Below are positions 28,257-37,300 of a stretch of DNA of 64,000 bases, one piece after another. The stretch lies in the NCBI GenBank assembly GCA_001769385.1, contig MEPB01000006.1, forward strand, positions 24,182 through 88,181. Direction: 5' to 3'. Origin of the DNA: Bacteroidetes bacterium RIFCSPLOWO2_12_FULL_35_15. Its GTDB lineage: Bacteria; Bacteroidota; Bacteroidia; 2-12-FULL-35-15. Every line of letters starts with the position of its first letter. Position 1 is the first letter of the stretch. The notes beneath the pieces were generated by a model that was not told the DNA's origin, did no database searches, and was given only the letters and a program-made list of their open reading frames with translations. A program made the position numbers and the translations under genes.

Positions 28257-31200
28257 TCAAAACGGCATATCATCACTCTTCTTAGGCAATACACCAACTT
28301 TCGAATCAAACACCGTAAAGTATTCTACATTATTTCGTTTATCGCGGCCGCCATCTTTATCACCGGTATCGTTATTTGCAATGGTTGGATTAAATACATA
28401 TCCTTTGTATAAGCAATATCTTTTTATCGAACGCTTGAATACACGCGTATCCATGTATTTATTTTGTTTTTGTTCTGGGAATGCTGCATAGAAATCTTCG
28501 AGCATTATTTTTCTATCGAACGGTTTATTTAAGTGGTAATTAATTTTTCCTGTTTGTGCATCATCCTCGTTATCGTGATCATAATACGATTCTGCCCACT
28601 CAAGAAAGATCTCACCAATTTGCTGACGTAACCTGCGTTTTTCCAAACGTTCCATTGGAGCTTCAACCAAACCGTGTTCAAAATAAATTTGTACACAGTT
28701 GGCAGCGAAATTGTAAAATCGATTCCACTGGTCATCGCTCCACTCGCTAAAAAACATGCAGCCGTGTTCATCAACCGGTTGATATTTTGCACTGTAATAA
28801 TCACTGAAAGCCATTTTAAACTGACGCGCTTCAAAACTTCCACCTTCGCCATTCAGCGCATGGTTAGTCGTTATTAAAATCTTTGGTGATTCTTCAGGTG
28901 TTAATCTGAAGGAAGGCTTACCTTTTGGATTTATTTTCCAGTTTCCGCCAATGTGACTAAACCAGTTTTCGAAATCGAAATTCACTCGCACGTCATCAAT
29001 ATTCACAACGCGTGTTCGCTCGTTTACTTCTTCCAGGATAAATTTATCTTCAGCGATATCCTTTTGTTTTCCCGGGATAATAACAGTCGGAATAAGTTTT
29101 TCAAGAGCTGTACCGTTTAATGATTTTCCGCTGCGTCCATTACTATCTCCAACTTCCGATTGAACGCCATCCATGGCAATTACTGCTTTTGCTCTGTTTG
29201 CATCAAAATAATCATGAAGTAAAAAACCGAAGCCACAGCATTTATTTATAAAGTGCATCATCAGATCTTCTTTTTTCAGATCCGACAATTCTGTTTTTGG
29301 AGTATTCGGTTTTTTGATTTTAAAAATGCCTTCATGCGTATCGCGCCAGTGGAAATTACTGGTGTTCATGTAATATTGATAAAACATACATTTCTCAGCT
29401 TCTTCTTTTCCTTGCGGGTATTCAATGCTGAATTTTTTATCTGCATCCTGTTTTACTCTTATGTTTAAAGGTTTTATTGTTGCGCTGAAATCTTTTATCT
29501 TATCTTTCCATACATGGCCATCCAGTTCGGTTATTTGTTTTTCTTCAACTCCTTCAGATGTAATTTTCCAGTACACTTTGTTAAAATACATAAACTGGAT
29601 TCCTTTATCCGATTTGTGAAATTTTAGTGTAATAAAATCGAGGTTGTTAAAATTGTCCAGGTACATGCGATATCCTCTGAAAAACATTTCCTGAACATTC
29701 TTTTTCTGCAAAGCAAACTTTACAAAATCACTTAAATAATCTTTGATTTGCGAAGGCTTTACAACTCGCACAACGTTATCTTCAACGCGGATAAAATTAA
29801 ATTCACCATCTCCCTGTAATGCGTACCGGCCAAACTTTTTATTTTGAAGGAACATGCAGCACTCTACATATTTAAAAGTGGTTACAGTTTCGGTACCATC
29901 GCCTTTTTTCTTGGTGTATTCTTCCCAGAACTGTTCTTCATGCGAAATTGGTTGCGCAAGCTCCAGTTCGTTTTCTTCATTAAAATGAAATTTTTCACGG
30001 CCAATCAAAAACACTTTTCGTTCCTTCAATAAGTCCATGTGATGTTTGGCAAACTCCACATTACTATCCAGGTGAAAGAATTCTTTGCGTAATTTAAATT
30101 CGTTATACGCTGTAATATTGTGGCAATTCACGTAATGTCCAATTCCTTGCGGATGCAATTTTGCATCTTCAAAATCTTTCAGGAACAGATCTTCCTGGCC
30201 CTCTAGTGTGTATTTCAATAAATCATCAACGCCCTTTTGTTTATGTTCTTTGCGCACATACGCAAAATAAATTTGCAAGTGGATCCCGGAACTGTTTAAC
30301 GCATGAAAATATTTACGGAAATTCATAATAGCAGCAACGAAGCTTCTTGGCCGCTGATCTACCGGAGCATCAATACTTGATCCGATATCGCAAAAGTCAG
30401 CATCAACAAAAAATACCACTTCTTCTACTTCGCATTGCTTTACAATCAGTTGGTATTCGTGTGCTAACTGTCCGCTGTTAGCGATATTGTGAATACCCAT
30501 GATGCCAACACTATCTAAACCGTGTTTCGTGCTTTTGTCGGCTTTTTTTTCGCCTTCCTGAGTAGCCAGGCATTTTATTTTAATTCTGTTTTTATATTTA
30601 GTGCGGATGGTTTTATTAATCCAAATTCGGGATCCCGAATTGTAGGGGCTTTTATATTTAGTGGGCCGTCCGTTTTTATCAGGCCATAACTCAGGATGTT
30701 GGTAGCGGATTCGAATAAGCGGAAAATCTTTAGATGTTCCTTTTCGATTATACAACATCGGATTGTTATTCAAATCCATGTAATGCAAAATCATATCATC
30801 ACCACTGGGATCAATTTCCCAACGCTCGTTCAGTGTTCCTTTTTGATATCGGTCAATTTCAATGGTAGTTTCATCGTTATTCCCTTTTTTCTCATCACGC
30901 TGATCAGCATCATTTAATCCGGAAGCCGCTAATTGTTGATCGCGGAAACTACTTTGTTTCTCAGCTTTCTTTTCTTTTTTAGCTGGCTGCTTTGGTTGTA
31001 TTAATGGTAATTCTGCTTGTTCGTATTCCAGATTTATATTTAGTCTGTCTGCTAAAAACTTCATGGTTTGCAACCAATCCAAGTTTTTAACTTTCGTTAC
31101 AAAACCAACATAACCAACACCGGCAGTATCACAGCTCCAACACTTCCATATTCCTTTTTGCTTACTTACATTAAATTTCTTTTTTGAATTGCAAAACGGA

Positions 31201-31307
31201 CAATCCCCAACTCCTTTATTTGACAGGGTAACATAATCACCAATCACATCCAGGATAGCTCCTTTGGTTTCAATTTCTATTTTACAATTTTCGGTTATAT
31301 AGGTCAT
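28257..31307 (-). CDS. DNA primase-helicase (zinc-finger primase N-terminus plus P-loop helicase C-terminus).
   Basis: CPFCNSKKKF...KCWSC zinc motif, and Walker A GDSNGRSGKS in the C-terminal half; 1016 aa. Confidence 0.7.
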   Translation of the reverse strand: MTYITENCKIEIETKGAILDVIGDYVTLSNKGVGDCPFCNSKKKFNVSKQKGIWKCWSCDTAGVGYVGFVTKVKNLDWLQTMKFLADRLNINLEYEQAELPLIQPKQPAKKEKKAEKQSSFRDQQLAASGLNDADQRDEKKGNNDETTIEIDRYQKGTLNERWEIDPSGDDMILHYMDLNNNPMLYNRKGTSKDFPLIRIRYQHPELWPDKNGRPTKYKSPYNSGSRIWINKTIRTKYKNRIKIKCLATQEGEKKADKSTKHGLDSVGIMGIHNIANSGQLAHEYQLIVKQCEVEEVVFFVDADFCDIGSSIDAPVDQRPRSFVAAIMNFRKYFHALNSSGIHLQIYFAYVRKEHKQKGVDDLLKYTLEGQEDLFLKDFEDAKLHPQGIGHYVNCHNITAYNEFKLRKEFFHLDSNVEFAKHHMDLLKERKVFLIGREKFHFNEENELELAQPISHEEQFWEEYTKKKGDGTETVTTFKYVECCMFLQNKKFGRYALQGDGEFNFIRVEDNVVRVVKPSQIKDYLSDFVKFALQKKNVQEMFFRGYRMYLDNFNNLDFITLKFHKSDKGIQFMYFNKVYWKITSEGVEEKQITELDGHVWKDKIKDFSATIKPLNIRVKQDADKKFSIEYPQGKEEAEKCMFYQYYMNTSNFHWRDTHEGIFKIKKPNTPKTELSDLKKEDLMMHFINKCCGFGFLLHDYFDANRAKAVIAMDGVQSEVGDSNGRSGKSLNGTALEKLIPTVIIPGKQKDIAEDKFILEEVNERTRVVNIDDVRVNFDFENWFSHIGGNWKINPKGKPSFRLTPEESPKILITTNHALNGEGGSFEARQFKMAFSDYYSAKYQPVDEHGCMFFSEWSDDQWNRFYNFAANCVQIYFEHGLVEAPMERLEKRRLRQQIGEIFLEWAESYYDHDNEDDAQTGKINYHLNKPFDRKIMLEDFYAAFPEQKQNKYMDTRVFKRSIKRYCLYKGYVFNPTIANNDTGDKDGGRDKRNNVEYFTVFDSKVGVLPKKSDDMPF

Positions 31308-31320
31308 AAATAATTTATAA

Positions 31321-31632
31321 TTAGGTTAGTCCATCACAAAAGTTTGACAAGGCATGATCTATTTGATCTAATAAGTCTTCATGTTTTTCAATTGTCATTG
31401 AACTTTTTATTGTTTCCGAAGGAAAATTTTTAGCACGCAAAACAATTGCTTTGCTTTTTATTCTTAATGCCTCAAGTCCTTCAATAATCAATTTTTCATC
31501 TGTAGCAGTTAATCTTAAATTAATTGAGCGGTCATTTTCTCTTTCAATTGGCGAACTATAAATACCCGAACTATATTCTTTTTGGCGGGCAAGCTCCATT
31601 GCTTTTTTTGTAAAATCGGATATCTCAGTCAT
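31321..31632 (-). CDS. Hypothetical protein.
   Basis: 103-aa ORF. Confidence 0.35.
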   Translation of the reverse strand: MTEISDFTKKAMELARQKEYSSGIYSSPIERENDRSINLRLTATDEKLIIEGLEALRIKSKAIVLRAKNFPSETIKSSMTIEKHEDLLDQIDHALSNFCDGLT

Positions 31633-31635
31633 GGT

Positions 31636-31824
31636 TTAATAAATTTTTAATATTCCGTTATGTGATTTTCCTTCTAAATCTTCAATTGCACTTTCTACGC
31701 CTGCTTTCAAGTAACCATAAGCTACCGCAGCATTATATTCGCGGCTATTTTCCTCTGCTCTGTTTAAATTATGTTTTAAATAATTTATAAGGCTTTGTTT
31801 TTCTTTTGCTGATAATCCTGCCAT
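31636..31824 (-). CDS. Hypothetical small protein.
   Basis: 62-aa ORF. Confidence 0.3.
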   Translation of the reverse strand: MAGLSAKEKQSLINYLKHNLNRAEENSREYNAAVAYGYLKAGVESAIEDLEGKSHNGILKIY

Positions 31825-32078
31825 TGTTATAATTTTTAGTTATATAATTCTATTAGTTGAAGCATTACATTAGCGCGCTTTTCAATCACTTTTAATTTCT
31901 GATGAACATGCTGCAGTAATCTTTTTTGTTTAATTTTCTTTTGCTGATGCCAGCGCTGTTTGTTGGTGAATACTGTCATGGGCTATAAATGGTTTATAAT
32001 GCGGACGGCTTAAAGTCAGGTAGCACTGCCATTGAAATATAATTTCGTCTAATGCTTTTTCGATGTCAGATTTCTTTT

Positions 32079-32393
32079 TCATCGTTTATAAGATCTGGCA
32101 ACATCAATGATCATATTTAATTTTTCCAACTCACCGGCATAAGATCTATTAGTCATCACCGGAAGAATATTTTTCAGATCCTCTTCATGAAAATTAACCA
32201 GCCAGCATATTTGAAACATAGTATATTTCGAACAATCCTTTCCAACCGATTTATACAAATCATACACCTTAGCCATCGATCTTGCAACCTGTGGTTTTTT
32301 ATAGTGATCGCTTAATTTTTCCAATACACGCTTATGGTTTATCCACAATTGTATTTTAAAAGCAAATTGCTGTTTAGTTAGTGGCTGATTCAT
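32079..32393 (-). CDS. Hypothetical protein.
   Basis: 104-aa ORF. Confidence 0.35.
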   Translation of the reverse strand: MNQPLTKQQFAFKIQLWINHKRVLEKLSDHYKKPQVARSMAKVYDLYKSVGKDCSKYTMFQICWLVNFHEEDLKNILPVMTNRSYAGELEKLNMIIDVARSYKR

Positions 32394-32664
32394 TTTCGAT
32401 AGAATTAGTAAGGTTTACAACTAATTGAATAAGGTCGTTTACGGTTTTTAATTTATTTACATCATCGTATGCCAATGCTATTTCAAATGCGCTTTCTACT
32501 TCATAACCTATGGTCATCATATCTAATGAATCAGCTCCAATGTCTTCTGCAAAGCGTGATGTTTCGGTAATTTGTGAAACCGGTGTTCCGGTCACATCAA
32601 AAATTATTTCAATAATTTTCTTTTCCGGTTGTAGTCTGTTTATTTCTGTCATGGTAGGTATCAT
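32374..32664 (-). CDS. Acyl-carrier-protein-like (phosphopantetheine-attachment) protein.
   Basis: FAEDIGADSLDMMTIGYEVESAFEI matches the ACP DSLD Ser motif and helix II. Confidence 0.45.
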   Translation of the reverse strand: MIPTMTEINRLQPEKKIIEIIFDVTGTPVSQITETSRFAEDIGADSLDMMTIGYEVESAFEIALAYDDVNKLKTVNDLIQLVVNLTNSIENESATN

Positions 32665-33020
32665 TAGAAGTTTAGGTGTAAATGTTTTTCAATAAATATG
32701 GAGTAGGGGTGAACGGCAATAAAGCCCCATCTGCGTGCAGTATCAACTTCCATTTTTGCACCTTCTGATTGATCCCAATCATTTAGAGTTACCAATACAT
32801 CAGCAACAGGTAATACTTGAAAACAAGCACGCATACAAGCTAACCAGTGTTCGTGATCGCTTGTGTAAAATTCCCGTGGAATCGATTGGCAGATCTCATG
32901 TGGATTTAACACAATGTATCCCAGCGTTTCGAGGTTTTTTTGTGCTTCTTCAAATGTTACGAAGTTTCCGCCTATCACTTTGGAAATCGGGCCAGAGATG
33001 TAAATTGTTTTTTTACTCAT
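32664..33020 (-). CDS. DUF4406/nucleoside-2-deoxyribosyltransferase-like protein.
   Basis: N-terminal MSKKTIYISGPIS... Confidence 0.4.
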   Translation of the reverse strand: MSKKTIYISGPISKVIGGNFVTFEEAQKNLETLGYIVLNPHEICQSIPREFYTSDHEHWLACMRACFQVLPVADVLVTLNDWDQSEGAKMEVDTARRWGFIAVHPYSIFIEKHLHLNF

Positions 33021-33045
33021 AATTGTTTTGCGTTTAAGGGTTAGT
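33021..33045 (-). promoter_or_regulatory. Conserved upstream motif copy.
   Basis: Plus-strand aattgttttgcgtttaagggttagtatt immediately 5' of the 33020 start codon. Confidence 0.45.
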
Positions 33046-33071
33046 ATTAAAGTTTGCTCCGGGGGGAGTGA

Positions 33072-33329
33072 TTATTTTTTCTTTTCTAACTGTTCTTTAA
33101 ACAGGATATACTCAGGCTCAGCAAAAATTTCACAAAGCACTGCACGGCATAATTTCGGAACAGGAGTTATGCCCTGGCACCAATTGAAAAATACTGTTGA
33201 ATTAACACCGCATTCATCCATCACCTTTTTTTTAATGATGGGTGCGTCAATTCGTGAAAGCAACATATATTTTTCCTTCAGTTTAGTTTCAAAATGTGGC
33301 TTTTCAATTATTTCCTTGATTTTCGTCAT
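33072..33329 (-). CDS. Putative Cro-like/early regulator.
   Basis: 85-aa ORF divergent from the XRE repressor gene. Confidence 0.3.
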   Translation of the reverse strand: MTKIKEIIEKPHFETKLKEKYMLLSRIDAPIIKKKVMDECGVNSTVFFNWCQGITPVPKLCRAVLCEIFAEPEYILFKEQLEKKK

Positions 33330-33394
33330 TGTTGTATTGTGATTTTATAATTATGTCATATATTTATAATGCAAACTAAACGAAATTATAGTTA

Positions 33395-33416
33395 CGACTA
33401 AAATATATTTTAGTCG
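33395..33416. promoter_or_regulatory. Perfect palindromic operator candidate in the divergent regulatory gap.
   Basis: CGACTAAAATatATTTTAGTCG, 10-bp arms, between 33329 and 33445. Confidence 0.5.
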
Positions 33417-33444
33417 AGTTGTTAACACGATTTCAACAACCGCC

Positions 33445-33801
33445 ATGAAAGAAGCAATAGATTTATATCTAAAGAAGCGTGGAAAGACAATAAAGGATAT
33501 ACTTCCAGAGATTGGAATGACAGAGGCCGGTTATTATGCTGCTATCAGAAATGATAGTATGAAAGTAATTACACTGCAGAAAATTGCAAAAGCTCTTTCA
33601 GTCTCCATTTGCCAATTTTTTACCGAAAATGACAATAATCTGACGGAGCCGAAAGCTGATTCTGGGAATGACACCGAAATTGTAAAAACATTGAAACGAA
33701 CAATAAAGGCGCAAGAAATTGCAATGGAGGCAATGCAGGTAACAATTAACATGCTTCAAAAGGAAGAAGCACGCCAAATAACTTATAGTAAAAAGAAATA
33801 A
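33445..33801 (+). CDS. XRE-family helix-turn-helix repressor (phage CI-like).
   Basis: HTH_XRE signature KTIKDILPEIGMTEAGYYAAIRNDS..ITLQKIAKALSVSICQFF. It is the only plus-strand gene in the phage region and is divergently arranged from the lytic genes. Confidence 0.6.
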   Translation: MKEAIDLYLKKRGKTIKDILPEIGMTEAGYYAAIRNDSMKVITLQKIAKALSVSICQFFTENDNNLTEPKADSGNDTEIVKTLKRTIKAQEIAMEAMQVTINMLQKEEARQITYSKKK

Positions 33802-34269
33802 TAAAAAGATTGAATTCATACAGCGTTAGCTGATCTTGTCCGTTAAAAACCGCGAACTTTTAAAATCACACAAGAACAAGCCCAAACGTTCACGCAAAGC
33901 GTGGGCAGGCTTATTTGTGTGTGATGCGTGCTTCGCGGTACGTTAACGGCATGGGTATAGTTCTAGCTCACGCTGATTTTTTAAAAGCTTATGAGTGCGT
34001 GTAAAGGTTGCGAACTATTCGATTTATTGATAGAACTAAATAAAGCTCTGGAGAAAACAATAAAGAACCAGAAAAAAGCAATAAAACTGCTTACCAAGAA
34101 TCAACAATTAAAAATGGATTTTAACCCGAATTAACGCACTAAATAAAATGCGCCAAGTGAGTCAAGTGCGCCACGAGTGCGCCAAAAATGAAAACACAAA
34201 ATATAGCAATATCAGTATGTACAGGAAATTATACGGAAGATTTGAATCCCTTCGCGGTCACAAAAATTA

Positions 34270-34297
34270 AAGCCCTTGATTTCAAGGGCTTTTTTTA
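34270..34297. terminator. Bidirectional terminator hairpin.
   Basis: AAAGCCCTTGAtttCAAGGGCTTTTTTT, between the phage region and the end of the T9SS gene. Confidence 0.55.
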
Positions 34298-34381
34298 TGA
34301 TATTTTTGATTTTTATCTATTATGATTTTTCATATGTAAAGTCTAATGAATATTAAATTTATTCTGAAGACTACTAAAGAA

Positions 34382-37300
34382 TTATTTTACTACTAATCGT
34401 TTATGTATTATTTCGTTTTTACTTGTTGCTGTTACCATATAAACACCTGAAGACAGTCTTGTTAAAGGATCTATTGCGGTAATAGTTTGGTCAGTGGTTT
34501 TTGTAATAATTTTAGAATAAACCTCTTGCCCTGTTGCATCATAAAGAACAACCAAAATTTCTTCATTTTCATTTCCTGTTAACAAAATATTAAATCCATT
34601 TCCATCGTTTGGATTTGGAAATATATTTACAGAAGTTCCTGCTTTCTTATAATCTATTGAAACTATATTGGAGTAATTCCTATTCCCATCATAATCTGTT
34701 TGTTTTAATCTGTAATAAGAAGTCCCGGCATAAGGATTTAAATCCACCTCTGAATAATACAATGTGTTTGTACTTGTTCCTGCTCCATCAATGGTTATGA
34801 CAGATTCAAAATTGGCTGCGTCAATACTTTTTTCTATTGTGAAGTAATCATTGTTTTTTTCAGAAGCTGTACTCCAGGCTAAATCAACTGTTTTTGATGA
34901 ATTTAATTTTGCATCAAAAGTTAATAATTTTATTGGCAAAGGGTTTAATCCAATACGTGATCCAAATGTAAACGGACTGAATGAGTTCATAACATCAGAT
35001 GTTATATTTCCAGGACTTGCTGCAGTAATAGATGATTGCCCTGCATTTTCCCATGCACTACCATTCCAGTGGGCAACATTCAAATCGGAAGAGTAATTAT
35101 TTATAAAGCTTCTGGCAGCATCTTCCCAAAATAATTGTACCGGCACATCTGAAGTTCCTGTGTTTCTATCACATGTCCAATATTCAACTATACTTACATT
35201 ATTTAATACCGGTGCCGGAATGGTTGCCATAGATAAAAAGTCAACATAGGGTGTGTCAAAATATTGAGCAGTAAATGCGTCTGTTGCATCTGAAGGGGTC
35301 CCTATTCCCAATCGAGCCCAGGTACTGCCTTTCCCAATTGGAAATACAAAGGCTTGGTTTCCAATTTTTTTCATTGGCCCATTTACAAAACTTGTGTTTG
35401 TTCCCGCTGTAGAGGTGGCGTTGTCTGTTAGTGTTAAAATATTTGTTGATGTTGTGTTTATTATTCCATCGGTCATTGTCAAGCTTCCGGTAACCGTAAG
35501 AGGAATTAAAAGTGTTGTTGTTGATCCAGGTTTGTTTTGTTCAAGATGATCAAAAGTTATGGAACCTAATGTACTGTTAATTGTAGCTGGTGTACTACTA
35601 AAAAAAGTAACTACTTGTCCTGTGGTTGTTAAATTCCCATTCAAAATAAGATTACCTCCAATAGTTAGTGGTTTATTATAAGTTAAATCAGCTCCTGTTG
35701 CAATAGTTAGGTTATAATAATTACCTATACCGGTTCCATCAACAACAACAGGATTCCCTGTAAATGTTACCGTAGAAGTATTTCCGTTAAATACACCATT
35801 GTTTGTAAAGTTCCCTGCAATTGTATGACTAAGACTTGTTCCTGCATTAAAAGTTGAACCTGTTCCTATTAATACATCCTGAAGATTCCAGGAGTTAGGT
35901 GGAGTGATGCCGGTTGTATTGGTATTTGATATTTCTAAAAAATTGAAAACAGGGGCATTATCCAAAATGGTAATGGGCTCTGTTCCTCCAAATTCAACTT
36001 CTCCTGTACTTAAAAAACTTCCTCCAACGTCATCAAGCCGGATAGTGGCTTCAGCAGAAAACGGGGGCTGAGGCATAAAATAGATTTTGTAATTACTTAT
36101 TACATTTCCATTATTAGTAAAATTCCCATAAAATGTATGTTTTAAAGAACCACCATTAAAAGTAGCTCCTGCTCCTACTGTGAAAGAACCGTAAACAGAC
36201 CAAGGTTCTGATGCTGTTATTCCTGCTGTGTTATTAATGTTTACAGTAGCAAATATAGGAGGAGTATTACTGTTTAGAATGGGAGCAACAGTTCCATTAA
36301 AATTAATTACTCCGGTTGAAGTGGATGTCATTGCGTTTATTAACTGCAATGTTTGGACTCTTGTTCCAGTAAATGTTACCGCACCACTGCTAAACAAAGT
36401 TCCCTTATTTGTGCAATCACCATTAAAACTAACAGTAGATGATCCCCAATTAACTGAGCTTAAAGTATCCACAAAAAAATCACCTGAAATGGATATGTTA
36501 GAATTTAAAAAAGTATATGAACCGCCTGAAGCTACCAGGTTATCCAGAGTAGCATTTCCCGAAAATGTTTTAGATATGCCACTTAATATAAGTGTGCTTT
36601 TATAAGTAGAATAAGTACCATTATTTGTTAAATTTCCATATACAGTGACAATGTTTGAATCACAATAAATTGTTGCACCTGAGTTTATTGTAAGATCCCC
36701 TTTAATCAGTACAGTTCGCAAATGAAAATGTTTTTTGTTACTTCCACCATTGGATATGAGTAGATTTCCAAATTCAGTTGCTAAAATATGCTGGTGCATT
36801 GTACCGTTAAATTCGACCGTACTTGATGCATGCATAACATTGGTTATAAAGTTGGTTGGAAAATTAGTTGCTCCTCCCACTTTCAGGTAGGAAGCAGAAT
36901 CAAGCATAAATGTACCACCGGGATTGCTTCTGTTTGCATTATACATTGCCAGGTCCATTGTTCCTTTACTGATCAGCAGGTCGCTGTTTATTATTAAATT
37001 TCCACTAAGAGATAAGGAACCTGAGGGTTTGTTTACAATTAGAATATTAAATGTATTCGCATTTACAAATTGATCGGTTGTTCCATTAAAATTTACAGAT
37101 CCGGAGTTGGTTGTAAATGTTCCGTTGTTCGTCCAGCTTCCCATTAAATTAATCCTGGCTCCGAATTCAATGAAATTGGTATTGGAACCAATTGAAATAT
37201 TTCCGGCAACTGTCAGTGTATCAGAAATTGCCAGTTCACCTCCTATGCCGGTGCTTAAATTTCCATTAATAACTGTCGGGAAATTAATTTTTGCCCGTTC

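Larger units (their letters stand above)
1..33820 (-). mobile_element. Phage-derived region (prophage or phage remnant), left end beyond window start. Modules: lysis-like, tail, portal-like, packaging, head, early/replication, lysogeny switch.
   Basis: Contiguous minus-strand operons encoding TerL (Walker A/B), an S49 prohead protease, a capsid-like protein, a long tail fibre, a holin-like small TM protein, a primase-helicase, an HNH endonuclease and a DGR RT. A divergent XRE repressor lies at 33445. The adjacent T9SS protein and metabolic genes look host-like. Confidence 0.7.

Noticed and set aside
34235-34262. tRNA 3' fragment (gatttgaatcccttcgcggtca)
   Set aside because: T-arm pairing is imperfect and there is no acceptor stem or CCA context. 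It is kept only as a weak att-site hint.
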